DNA of 64,000 bases. Source: Bacilli bacterium (lineage in GTDB: Bacteria; Bacillota_I; Bacilli_A; RFN20; UBA1709). The notes under the pieces were generated by a model. It made no database searches, was not told where the DNA came from, and saw only the letters and a program-made list of their open reading frames with translations. Numbering within the stretch: the first letter of the stretch is position 1; each line of letters opens with the position of its first letter. Shown piece by piece: positions 27,116 to 36,470 of this stretch. The DNA lies in the NCBI GenBank assembly GCA_050949315.1, contig JBMNFL010000001.1:901888-965887 (forward strand), read 5' to 3'. A program made the position numbers and the translations under genes.

Positions 27116-30100
27116 TTAAAGTTCAATACTTTCTTCAAAAAGAACAGTTTCGCTGTCATCATTTTTGATACCAATAAAGCGGAATTGGTAAATATAAGGA
27201 GCGGGTGTAGGTGGGGCCGATAACACCTGCTCATCGGTTAAGATGTTGCCAACAATATTTTGGACAATAGGATTTTCAGGATCTCTAGAATCCACTAATA
27301 AAACCTTGTAACTAACATATTGTTCTTGATAGTCACTATGACTATCAACTTTATAATATTTATTAGGATCTTGAGGTTTTTCATAGATAGAGACTATAGT
27401 TATTTTTTCAGTGTGATGTTCGTTATAGTAAACAAGGCGACCATCTTTCTGAATTTCAAAACGATAGAGGCTATCTTCATTTAAAATATTGTAGTTAACT
27501 ATAATTTGTACTAACTCGCCAGATCCATCTAACATATAGGCGATATTGGCATAATCATCAGAAATTTCATTGGGGTCGCTAGTTACCGCTTCAATTGTTA
27601 GTTCACTTAAAGGTGTTGTCTCGCCAGCCGGGATTAAAAGCAGGGTGATGGGCGAGAAATTACTGGCTTCCGTTTCAATAGTGAAGTGTATTTCTTGATC
27701 ACTCATTGAAATCTCGCTTTGTTGATAACTAAAGAGACTGATAGAATCTTCGTATAAGATTGCTTGTGAATTATCGTGTTTAATTCCAATTAATTCGAAA
27801 ATATAGGAATCGGGGCTGTAGTCGTTGGGATTTAAGACTTTTTCGCCACTCCAGTTTTCACCTAGTTGAATTAAGGGTTCAGAAGAAGGACTGTGTTCTC
27901 CTGTTAGTCTAACAGCATAACTCTTATACTGATCCTGATAATCGCTATGTTCAATTTGATAATAGACATTACTATCATCTTTCTTGGTTGAGAAACTGAC
28001 ATTGGTCACTTTTTCAGTATGGGAGTCAAAACTGATTAAGACTTCATCGTTCTCTGCCTTACTTAGTTGGAAAGATAAAGGTGTATTGGGCGGTAAGGGG
28101 TAGTAAAAGCTCAGCTGCAAGAGATTATCATCGACATTAGGAACAACGGTTACGTTACAATCACCATTTACGATAGTGTTAGACTCTGAACTATCAATAT
28201 TCATTACAATCTCAGTAGCCGAAATTGTTAGAATTGATTTTAAAGGAACAAAGTCATAATAAGAGAGGTTGATAGTAAAACTAACACCATTATTGCCAAC
28301 ATTTAAATCATCAAGGCGATAACTATCAATATATATTGTTTCTTCATATAAAGGTATTTCAAAGCTATCTTCTCTACTGATGCCATAAAGCTTATAAACA
28401 TATTGCCAAGCAGGGAAACTATCAAGTTGAATTACCTGCTCATCGCTGATCGAACCTTCTATGGATAAGGGATAGGTTTGGGGAGTAGCTCCGGCTTCAT
28501 TGACTATGCTAGTCAAAGTAGCAGTGTAGCCTTGATAAGAATTATTATAATCACTGGTACTGATTTGATAATAGAAGTTTTCATTATCGCCGGTTTTACG
28601 GTAAAAAGTTGCCGTGGTGTCTTTTTCGGTTCTAAAACTCAATTCATAGAGTATAGTTGAACCTCTTTGTAAGATAAAGTTATATTCGCTATCTGCCTGT
28701 AAGTAATACTGGAATTCTAGGGTAACAAGATCATCTTGAATATTAGGTGAGATACTCAGACGGTTATCCTCATTAAAAAGGGTATTATCTTCAGGACTAT
28801 CAATGTTAAAGACACTTTCAAATCCTTCCCCAGTTAATCTTGCCACCATTGGTTCGAAATCTTGATAGGGCGGCACATCGATGATGAGATAAGCATCGCT
28901 TGAAGTGATACTTAGCATCTTGGCCCTTATTGGCATAAATAAAACTTGTTCAAGTAGTAGCAGTTCATCTTGTAGGTTGTCTCTTAGGCGCCCAAAGAGT
29001 TTAAAGTTGTATTGAGGGGCGTTAAAGGTTGTTAGACTCAAAGCTTGTTCAGTATGGACGTTAGAACTAGTAAGTGTGAAATTTTCAATGTAAGGTGTAC
29101 CAGTTGTAACTTCGCTTATTTGTACGCGATAATCAAGAAATCTTTGCTGATAATCACTGGATTCAATTTGATAATAGAAGTTATCGTTATTGCTTGTTTT
29201 ACGGTAGAATTCCACAGAAGTTTCTTTTTCGCTTCTAAAATTCTTTTGATATAAAAGCTCGTTACCGCGTTTTAAGCGGAAAGTATAATTAGTGTCGGCA
29301 GTTAAACCAAAGAAACTGACATTTACAGTCAGAAGATTGTTTTCGCCAGGCGGATTTAGACTTATTGAAGCAAAGCTATTCGAAACTTGAGGCTGGTTAA
29401 GATTGTTAAGGGCAATCGTTTTTTCTTCGCTTCCTTTAAGCAAACTAAAAATAAGCGGGGCAAAGTTTTCCCTAGACAAATCTAGAGTTGTAGATAAGGA
29501 GAAATCATTATAAGTGAAATCTTGAGCAATTACCTTATCAATATTTACCGTTTCTCTTAGTAGTTCAAATTCATCGCCACTATCACGCAGAGTAGCATGG
29601 AGACTGATTTCATATTGCCAAGCATTATAGATAGTAAGGTCAATTTTTTGTTCATCAGTAATTGAACCGCTAACATCTAAATAATGTTCAGTTTGACTAC
29701 TGGCAGTTTCTGTTAGTTTAACTTTATATCCCGCATATCTTTCTTGATAGTCGCTAAGGTCAAATTGATAATAGAAATAGTTATTATCACCACTTTTATG
29801 ATAAAGGTTAACACTTGTTGTTTTTTCAGTTCTGATATCCCGTTCTAGAATCACACGATTTTGTTTAGTTAATTTAAAGTGGTAGAGTGCATCAGGTGTT
29901 AAATTCTCACAACTAAATTGGATTAAAATCTTATTTTCTTGAGTATTGACATGCAGGAAAACCCAAGAATTTTGGGTACTATATTCAGTTACATTAAGAT
30001 TTTCAATGTCAAAGTGTTCATTTAAATTCTCACCACTTAAGTCAAGGCTTAAAGTTGCGAAAGTATCACAGGGAAGTTCAAAAGAAAGTTGCAAGTCTTG

Positions 30101-31393
30101 ATCATTTATTTCTAAATAGACGAGTCGACCTTGATCAAAGGTTAATAGTTCTTCATAAAGGCTAATCTCACGTTCGTAAGTTTGACCAAAGCCATGCACA
30201 TAACTAAGTCCAATTAAGACAAAACGATATTGACTCTCGTCATAGTCAGCAAGCGTAATCTTTTGCTCGCTAAAGATATCGCCAACAAGAGGAAGTTCAT
30301 AATCTTGTTCGTCAACCAAACTGACAAGTTTTACCTTGTAAGCATGGAAACGTTTACGATAATCACTCATTGAAATTTGGTAATATAGATCAGGGTCATT
30401 ATCCTTATAATGGAACTCAACCTTTAATTGTTTTTCGGTATGGAAGGTTTCCTGATAGAATTTGCGTTTGTTTCTCTGAACTTGGAATTTATAGACGGAA
30501 TCTTCTTGTAAATTGTTATAGTAAAGATTTAAAAGCAAACGATTTTCGCTAGCTAAAGGGCAGACTTCTAGAGAACTGTTTTCTTGTGAGAAACTCTGTT
30601 CTTCATTGCTTTCAACTTGGAAAGTACTAAAGATATTACCGGCTTGATCAATTAAATCAAGACTTAAAGTTTTGAAATTTGAATTAGCAAGTTCAAAGGT
30701 GAAACTTAAATCTTTATCGGTAATTTCTAGATTACTGACGTGATAATTACCTGTTTGCACTTGCTCCTCATAGATGGTTGTGCCACCCAAATTCCCTTTG
30801 TCAATGACTTTAAAAGTATAAAGGTTGTTAGCTTCCAGCCCAGTATAAAAACAATAAAAATTAACGGTTTCTAAATCGGTTTCTGTACGCACATTATCTA
30901 AAAGAGTGTAAAAAGAATCACTGCTTTCAAAAGAAGTGATGGCCGTTTCTTTTTTGTGATAATCATTACCAAAAGAAATAAGCAAATTAGGATTCTCATA
31001 GTAATCCATTTCTAGATTAATTTGATATTCGTTAAGTGAGAGTTCACTAAAAACTTTTTTAATTTGAGGCGAGTTTAAAGCGGTAACAGCAGCTGTGGAT
31101 ACGACAACCGAAGCCACAGCAGCGTAGGAAACTAATTTACTGATGCCACTTGCTCCGGCTTCGTGAGCCTTGGCACCTCTTATGCCACCGCCTCTTCTAT
31201 GGGTTTTCTTACTAAAAAGTTCGCTGTTTTCTTCATCTGTTTCTTTGCGATTTCGTTCATGTGAAGAACGATATTCTCTTTTCGAACGAAAATTATTTTC
31301 ATCACTATAATTATGTTCATGGTAAGGTCTATTTTCATAACCAAAGCGGCGATGGTCGGCTTCTTTTCGCTGGTAATTATTATTGTTTTCCAC
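27116..31393 (-). CDS. Giant (1425 aa) type-II membrane protein with ~6-7 tandem ~200-aa extracellular repeats. Function unknown.
   Basis: GTG start with a GGAGGTGG Shine-Dalgarno. Disordered R/E/N/H-rich N-terminal ~85 aa, one TM (VSYAAVASVVVSTAAVTAL), then repeats each carrying HTEK..V.FY.K..D.N.YYQ(I/F)..SDYQ..Y..Y.V.L and LSLDLS blocks. YYQ recurs at about aa 337, 541, 740, 941, 1144 and 1346. The ~570-bp DNA period shows as related antisense ORFs at 28478 and 29045. Confidence 0.8.
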   Translation of the reverse strand: MENNNNYQRKEADHRRFGYENRPYHEHNYSDENNFRSKREYRSSHERNRKETDEENSELFSKKTHRRGGGIRGAKAHEAGASGISKLVSYAAVASVVVSTAAVTALNSPQIKKVFSELSLNEYQINLEMDYYENPNLLISFGNDYHKKETAITSFESSDSFYTLLDNVRTETDLETVNFYCFYTGLEANNLYTFKVIDKGNLGGTTIYEEQVQTGNYHVSNLEITDKDLSFTFELANSNFKTLSLDLIDQAGNIFSTFQVESNEEQSFSQENSSLEVCPLASENRLLLNLYYNNLQEDSVYKFQVQRNKRKFYQETFHTEKQLKVEFHYKDNDPDLYYQISMSDYRKRFHAYKVKLVSLVDEQDYELPLVGDIFSEQKITLADYDESQYRFVLIGLSYVHGFGQTYEREISLYEELLTFDQGRLVYLEINDQDLQLSFELPCDTFATLSLDLSGENLNEHFDIENLNVTEYSTQNSWVFLHVNTQENKILIQFSCENLTPDALYHFKLTKQNRVILERDIRTEKTTSVNLYHKSGDNNYFYYQFDLSDYQERYAGYKVKLTETASSQTEHYLDVSGSITDEQKIDLTIYNAWQYEISLHATLRDSGDEFELLRETVNIDKVIAQDFTYNDFSLSTTLDLSRENFAPLIFSLLKGSEEKTIALNNLNQPQVSNSFASISLNPPGENNLLTVNVSFFGLTADTNYTFRLKRGNELLYQKNFRSEKETSVEFYRKTSNNDNFYYQIESSDYQQRFLDYRVQISEVTTGTPYIENFTLTSSNVHTEQALSLTTFNAPQYNFKLFGRLRDNLQDELLLLEQVLFMPIRAKMLSITSSDAYLIIDVPPYQDFEPMVARLTGEGFESVFNIDSPEDNTLFNEDNRLSISPNIQDDLVTLEFQYYLQADSEYNFILQRGSTILYELSFRTEKDTTATFYRKTGDNENFYYQISTSDYNNSYQGYTATLTSIVNEAGATPQTYPLSIEGSISDEQVIQLDSFPAWQYVYKLYGISREDSFEIPLYEETIYIDSYRLDDLNVGNNGVSFTINLSYYDFVPLKSILTISATEIVMNIDSSESNTIVNGDCNVTVVPNVDDNLLQLSFYYPLPPNTPLSFQLSKAENDEVLISFDSHTEKVTNVSFSTKKDDSNVYYQIEHSDYQDQYKSYAVRLTGEHSPSSEPLIQLGENWSGEKVLNPNDYSPDSYIFELIGIKHDNSQAILYEDSISLFSYQQSEISMSDQEIHFTIETEASNFSPITLLLIPAGETTPLSELTIEAVTSDPNEISDDYANIAYMLDGSGELVQIIVNYNILNEDSLYRFEIQKDGRLVYYNEHHTEKITIVSIYEKPQDPNKYYKVDSHSDYQEQYVSYKVLLVDSRDPENPIVQNIVGNILTDEQVLSAPPTPAPYIYQFRFIGIKNDDSETVLFEESIEL

Positions 31394-31425
31394 AACGCCA
31401 CCTCCAATTATTGAATAGTGAAATT

Positions 31426-31463
31426 ATTATAGCATTTAAAAAATAAACAAAGCAATTGCTTTG
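31426..31463 (-). promoter_or_regulatory. Promoter of the giant repeat gene, with a perfect 16-bp palindrome (candidate operator) overlapping the -35
   Basis: On the minus strand: TTGCTT (31450-31455), an 18-nt spacer, then TATAAT (31426-31431). The palindrome CAAAGCAATTGCTTTG is at 31448-31463. Confidence 0.45.
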
Positions 31464-31477
31464 ATACTACTTGTTAA

Positions 31478-31520
31478 TATAAAAATAAAAAAGGACCCAA
31501 GTCCTTGTAAGACCTGGGTC
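31478..31520 (-). terminator. Rho-independent terminator after the SPFH gene (minus strand)
   Basis: On the minus strand: GACCCAGGUC, loop UUACAAG, GACUUGGGUC (10-bp stem with one mismatch), followed by CUUUUUUAUUUUUAU. Confidence 0.7.
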
Positions 31521-31531
31521 AATAATTAAGA

Positions 31532-32470
31532 TTATTTCTTCTTTTCTTCTTGAGTTTTGGGCTCTTTAATAATCTCAGTAATGGAAGCAATAGTTCCGGC
31601 TAAATCTTGTAAATTAGAGGGGATAATAAGTTTGGTTGATTTACCATCCGCAACTTTTTCTAAAGCCTTGAAGCCCTCTAGAGTCATATACTCTTTAGAA
31701 GGTTTAGCTTCATTGATATAACGAATAGCATCAGCCTGAGCATGGAAGAGTTGTCTTAAGGCTTCTGCACGTCCTTCAGCCTCCGTGATGGTAGATTGTC
31801 TTGCGGCTTCGGCTTTAAGAATCATAGACTCTTTCTGACCTTGAGCAGTTAGAATAGCCGCGGTTTTTTCACCCTCGGCTCTAAGAATAGATTCTCTTCT
31901 TTCCCGTTCAGCCCGCATTTGTTTTTCCATGGCCTCTTGAATGTCTCTTGGTGGAAGAATGTTTTTCACCTCTACACGGTGAACCTTGATGCCCCAAGGA
32001 TCGGTGGCAATATCAAGAATAGAACGCATCTTGGAGTTAATGGTGTCCCTAGAAGTTAGGGTCTCATCAAGTTCCAATTCACCAATAATGTTTCTCAAAG
32101 TTGTGGCTGTAAGATTTTCAATGGCGTTCATCGGCCTTTCGACCCCGTAGCAATAGAGTTTGGGATCAGTGACAGCAAAATAAACGACCGTATCAATCTG
32201 CATGGTAACGTTATCTTTAGTGATAACAGGTTGTGGCGGGAAATCAGCGACTCTTTCTTTCAAAGAGATTTTAGCGACCACCCGGTCAAAGAAGGGCACA
32301 ATAATATTGAGTCCGCTTCCACAAACCTTAAGGAATTTTCCTAATCTTTCAACAACGATGGCTTCGCTTTGGCGAACCACGCGAATGGAAAAAAGACTTA
32401 GGGCAACGACAATAAATAGGATTACTAAAACAATAACTAAAACCGTGACATTAACTTCTGCTAAAAACAT
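31532..32470 (-). CDS. SPFH/band-7 (stomatin/prohibitin-like) membrane protein
   Basis: N-terminal TM followed by an SPFH domain (VVERLGKFLKV...GLNIIVPFFDRV...) and a C-terminal coiled coil rich in A/E/R. TAATG overlap with the nfeD stop. Confidence 0.85.
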   Translation of the reverse strand: MFLAEVNVTVLVIVLVILFIVVALSLFSIRVVRQSEAIVVERLGKFLKVCGSGLNIIVPFFDRVVAKISLKERVADFPPQPVITKDNVTMQIDTVVYFAVTDPKLYCYGVERPMNAIENLTATTLRNIIGELELDETLTSRDTINSKMRSILDIATDPWGIKVHRVEVKNILPPRDIQEAMEKQMRAERERRESILRAEGEKTAAILTAQGQKESMILKAEAARQSTITEAEGRAEALRQLFHAQADAIRYINEAKPSKEYMTLEGFKALEKVADGKSTKLIIPSNLQDLAGTIASITEIIKEPKTQEEKKK

Positions 32471-32937
32471 TAGATTTCCTCCTTTTTAACAACATAGAAT
32501 TTATTACCACTAATTTCGGTGATAATAGCAATATCACCCACATCAACTCTTTGACCCTCGCGGCAAATCAGAGTATAGATTAAGCCAGCGTATTTCCCTT
32601 CGCCATAGTTGAGATGATCGGCGGCTTTGATGACGACGACTTCCTGACCAATGGCGGCTTCAATATTGGTAGCAATACCGCGATTGCGAAGGACCTTGTT
32701 GGCCCAGCGTCCAATGGTAAATAACAAAATACAGGAAACAACAAGAAAAACCACGACTTGGATAACAATAGATTCCACCCCTACTAAAGAAAGAATAAGG
32801 GCGACGAAGGCACCAGCACTAAACCAAATACAATCTAGTTCTTGGGTGGAGAGTTCAATAACAATTGTTCCCACAATCAAAAGAATCCAAAGAATATTAA
32901 TGGCTGGTAGAATGGTTGTAAGAATCATACTCATCAC
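32470..32937 (-). CDS. NfeD-family short membrane protein (YuaF/YqeZ-like) with a C-terminal OB-fold
   Basis: N-terminal TM helices and a C-terminal beta domain ...VDVGDIAIITEISGNKFYVVK. It shows the classic nfeD-SPFH gene pairing. Confidence 0.7.
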   Translation of the reverse strand: MMSMILTTILPAINILWILLIVGTIVIELSTQELDCIWFSAGAFVALILSLVGVESIVIQVVVFLVVSCILLFTIGRWANKVLRNRGIATNIEAAIGQEVVVIKAADHLNYGEGKYAGLIYTLICREGQRVDVGDIAIITEISGNKFYVVKKEEI

Positions 32938-33059
32938 CTCAACTTAATTATAACAAGTCATAAAAGTGAGTTCAACAATCATTTAGAAGTTTATCTAAAT
33001 GTTTTTTAAAAGTTATTCAAGTGTGAAGTTGGCCTTTTATGTTATACTAAAAAAAGGAG

Positions 33060-33668
33060 ATGATTGCGATGGATGAAATCTATAAATTCATAACCAAGGT
33101 TCAAAGTATTGCCAAGATTGGCAAAGTCTTTTCTAAAGATCCCTATGCCTTAGAAAATTATGAAGAACTAGAAAAAATAAGCCGAGAAGCTTTGGAAAAT
33201 TACAGTGGTGAAAAGTTGTTGCGAGATAATATTTTTGTTCGCGATATTTATCCAACACCTAGTATTTCTTGTCGGGCGCTTATTTTGAATAGTAAGCAGG
33301 AGATTTTGCTCGTCAAGGAAGCCAAGACAAAGAACTGGTCTTTGCCAGGAGGTTGGTGCGATTTATATGAAAGTCCAAGTCAAGCCATCATCAAAGAATG
33401 CCGGCAAGAAGCCGGGGTTGATATTGAAATTTCCCGCTTATTATGTTTTACGGATCGCCGTGATTATTTGGAGCCAAATGCGGTTTCTGAGTATACTGTT
33501 TGCTTCCTTTGTCAAGTTGTTAAGGATTATCATGAGCATTGTCATGAAACCACAGATGTTAAATATTTCGCCCTAGATGCTTTGCCAGAACTTTCGCATA
33601 AGTATCGTTTAGAAGAACTTAAAAAGGCCTTAAAGGCCTATAAAACAGGGAAGGTTTATTTTAATTAA
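33060..33668 (+). CDS. NUDIX hydrolase
   Basis: Nudix box GGWCDLYESPSQAIIKECRQEAGV (GX5EX7REUXEEXGU). 202 aa. Confidence 0.8.
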   Translation: MIAMDEIYKFITKVQSIAKIGKVFSKDPYALENYEELEKISREALENYSGEKLLRDNIFVRDIYPTPSISCRALILNSKQEILLVKEAKTKNWSLPGGWCDLYESPSQAIIKECRQEAGVDIEISRLLCFTDRRDYLEPNAVSEYTVCFLCQVVKDYHEHCHETTDVKYFALDALPELSHKYRLEELKKALKAYKTGKVYFN

Positions 33669-35215
33669 TTAGTCTTTTTATTAAATCTTAGGTATTTGAA
33701 TAAAGGTCGCATATGTTTATACATTGGTCTATAAACATTTTTAAATAATTTATCATAGAGGCGCGCATTATCAGGATTTGGTTCAAAGCGCTTGGTATAA
33801 TGAATCATGTTTTGACAAGCTTCTTCATAACTTGCATATTCTTTCATGGCGACAAAGCCTACGATGGATGAACCCAAACCACAAGCTTCACTGGTTTGGA
33901 TTTTTTTAATAGGGAGATTGAAAATATCACAGAGGATTTGACAGATCTCATCGCTGTTACTGCCACCCCCAGAAACCACCAACTCCTTAATTGTTTGTTT
34001 TCTAGCGATTTGATTTAGGCCAGCCCTTAAGCCATAACCAATACCTTCAATCATGGCTCGATAAAGGTGATATTTGTTATGTGAAGAATTAAAACCGATA
34101 ACACTGCCACGGGCTTCGGGAATTTTTAAGGCTGGCGCCCAGAAAGGTTGTAAAACTAAACCATTAGCGCCGGGTAAGGTGTCTTTAAGATGTTCATTAA
34201 GAATTTGTTCGGTGGGACAGCCGCGTTTCAAAGCTTCCTGTGTTTCTTCATGGGCGAACTCTTTTACAAACCATGAGAGCATCCAAAAGCCCCGGAATAG
34301 TTGGACTTCTGGGGTCCAATGATTGGGAATGCTGGCTCGATAACAAGGCAAGAAAAGTTCGGGTTCAAGATAATAATCGGTGATGATTTGAACTGAAGCT
34401 GCCGTTCCACAGGAAATAGAAGCTAAACTCTTATCTAGACCTATGGTTCCTAAAGTTTCACAGGATTTATCGGCCCCAGTAGCAATTATGGGTAGACCTT
34501 CTTTTAAACCAGTTGCTTTGGCACAGTCTTTAGAGATGTAACCCAAAACTTCGCCAGGATCTTTTAAATTATGACAGCATTGGGATTCTTTAATACCAAA
34601 AATCCCGTATTTTAAAGCTCCCGGTTTGTCCCAACGATTATTCTTATAATCATAGGAAATATGGCCGACCTGAGCCGAACTTGAATCGGTCAGTTGACCA
34701 CAGAGTTTATAGATAAGATAAGTTGAAAGTAGGACATATTTTTCAGTTTTCGCCCAAATTTCTGGTTCGTTTTCAATTAGCCAGTGTGATTTACTTTGCT
34801 TGAGTAACTCTACGGTACAATCTTTCATACCAACAATAGAAAAAAGAAAATTTTGTTTGGCAGTTAAGGGTAGGGTTTCTAATTTAGCCGTGCGTAAATC
34901 TGACCACATAATACAGGGTCGTAAAGGCTTATTATTGACATCAAGGTTAACCATAGAATCATGAAAACAAGTGAGAGTGACCGCGATAATATTTTCGAAT
35001 AAATCCGGGTATTTTTCACTTAAATAGCGGCAAGCAGTAAACATATTATCAACAAACAAATCAGGATCTTGTTCAAACCACTCATCGTGAAGCGAGATAT
35101 AGGGCGGAAGTTTTATTTGTTTAATAGCAACAATTGTACCCTTTTTATCACAAAGAAGCGCTCTTGTACTTTGGGTTCCAAGATCAAAAGTAAGAATTAA
35201 GGGGTCTTTTTTCAT
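33665..35215 (-). CDS. FGGY-family carbohydrate kinase (xylulokinase/glycerol-kinase-like)
   Basis: N-terminal LTFDLGTQSTRALL (actin-fold phosphate-1) and GGGSNSD (adenosine motif). 516 aa. Confidence 0.8.
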   Translation of the reverse strand: MKKDPLILTFDLGTQSTRALLCDKKGTIVAIKQIKLPPYISLHDEWFEQDPDLFVDNMFTACRYLSEKYPDLFENIIAVTLTCFHDSMVNLDVNNKPLRPCIMWSDLRTAKLETLPLTAKQNFLFSIVGMKDCTVELLKQSKSHWLIENEPEIWAKTEKYVLLSTYLIYKLCGQLTDSSSAQVGHISYDYKNNRWDKPGALKYGIFGIKESQCCHNLKDPGEVLGYISKDCAKATGLKEGLPIIATGADKSCETLGTIGLDKSLASISCGTAASVQIITDYYLEPELFLPCYRASIPNHWTPEVQLFRGFWMLSWFVKEFAHEETQEALKRGCPTEQILNEHLKDTLPGANGLVLQPFWAPALKIPEARGSVIGFNSSHNKYHLYRAMIEGIGYGLRAGLNQIARKQTIKELVVSGGGSNSDEICQILCDIFNLPIKKIQTSEACGLGSSIVGFVAMKEYASYEEACQNMIHYTKRFEPNPDNARLYDKLFKNVYRPMYKHMRPLFKYLRFNKKTN

Positions 35216-35337
35216 TGCACAGGCCTCCTGCTTTTCTAAATGATAACATAAATGATTTTAAAATTGAGAGAAAAATTGACAGGAACTTGGTTAGCCCATA
35301 AAATAATAGAGTAAATAAGCGCTTGAGAGGGAAGAAA

Positions 35338-36231
35338 ATGCAATTATATGGCTGGAACTTTGAATTAGAAATATTGCGGTCTTTGGAAAATGTACGCAGT
35401 GATTTTTTTAATGGCCTTTTTGAAATGATAACAATGATAGGCGAGGAGACCATTTTTATTATAGTTGCTGCTCTCTTCTATTTTGTGATAGATAAGAAGT
35501 TTGGAGAAAAACTTCTTTACACTCTCTGTTTTGTCAATGCCTCAACGATGGTTATTAAGAATTTGACTAAAATCCCAAGACCCTTTGTTGCCGATAGTAG
35601 TTTACAACCAATAAGAGTAGAAACAGCAACAGGTTATTCTTTTCCTAGTGGCCACACAGCGATGGCCAGTGGCTGGCTATGTACAGTTGCTCGTTATTTT
35701 AAGAAAAAATATCTTCTTTCAATCGCTGTCATTATAAGTTTTCTTGTTGGGTTTTCTAGAGTCTATCTAGGAGTGCATTATCCGAGTGATGTTATTGCTG
35801 GTCTTATTATTGGTTTAGTTGGTGGTTTAGGTCTAGCATATCTTTTTGATGAAGCCAAAAACAAAGGACTTGTGGCCTTAGCTTCTACTTTGGTTTTTCT
35901 GCCTTTTATTCTGCATTTTAGTTTTAATCCTGATCCCCAATACGCGGATTTTTTTAAGACCTATGGTGTCATTCTTAGTTTTGGAACCGCCTTTTATTTT
36001 GAAGAACATTTTGTCAATTTTGATAACAAAGGGCCTTTGTTTAAGCGTTTGTTGCGATTGATTATTGGTATAGCTTTTGCCTTAGGTATAAAAATTGGGC
36101 TCAAGGCTTTATTTGACTTAATATCCGGTTCTTTGTTGGTAAACCAGTTTTTAGATCTTTTACGTTACTTCATTTTAGGTTTTGCCACCTTAGGGCTTTA
36201 TCCCTGGTTTTTTAAAAAACTTGGCTTCTAG
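35338..36231 (+). CDS. PAP2-family membrane phosphatase
   Basis: KIPRPF, PSGHT and SRVYLGVHYPSDV PAP2 motifs. The ORF track starts at TTG 35323. The ATG at 35338 has a GAGAGGGAAG Shine-Dalgarno. Confidence 0.8.
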   Translation: MQLYGWNFELEILRSLENVRSDFFNGLFEMITMIGEETIFIIVAALFYFVIDKKFGEKLLYTLCFVNASTMVIKNLTKIPRPFVADSSLQPIRVETATGYSFPSGHTAMASGWLCTVARYFKKKYLLSIAVIISFLVGFSRVYLGVHYPSDVIAGLIIGLVGGLGLAYLFDEAKNKGLVALASTLVFLPFILHFSFNPDPQYADFFKTYGVILSFGTAFYFEEHFVNFDNKGPLFKRLLRLIIGIAFALGIKIGLKALFDLISGSLLVNQFLDLLRYFILGFATLGLYPWFFKKLGF

Positions 36232-36289
36232 ACTTGCCTAGCCAACTATAAGTTGGTAAAATCAAGTAAATCCTAAGTGAGAAAGAAAG

Positions 36290-36450
36290 GCTGATTTTAT
36301 TTTAGAGAAGACTCGGTTGGTGTAAGAGTTGATAAAGAGGCCAAAGATGCACTCACTAGAGCCGCTAATAACGGACGTGGGGAGGCGTTAACTCTCAATG
36401 CCCAACTTTAGAGTGGAAACGTGCTAGTATAGACGCCTCTAGTGGCGCCT
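36290..36450 (+). promoter_or_regulatory. Probable T-box riboswitch (Cys specifier) leader of cysS
   Basis: Stem I carries AGAGAAG and GUUGA (GNUGA) K-turn elements. The specifier context is AAAGAUGCA (UGC followed by A). A downstream GAGUGGAAACGUG contains UGGA, which is complementary to a tRNA-Cys UCCA 3' end. The terminator-like hairpin GACGCCUCUAGUGGCGCC is followed by UUUUUAU. Confidence 0.55.
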
Positions 36451-36470
36451 TTTTATATGGAGGAAGAACA

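Noticed and set aside
28478-30552. Three small plus-strand ORFs (28478, 29045, 30370) inside the giant repeat gene
   Set aside because: They are antisense to a strongly supported 1425-aa CDS. The 28478 and 29045 ORFs are homologous to each other only because the sense-strand repeats are ~570 bp apart. I treat them as evidence of DNA-level repeats, not as genes.
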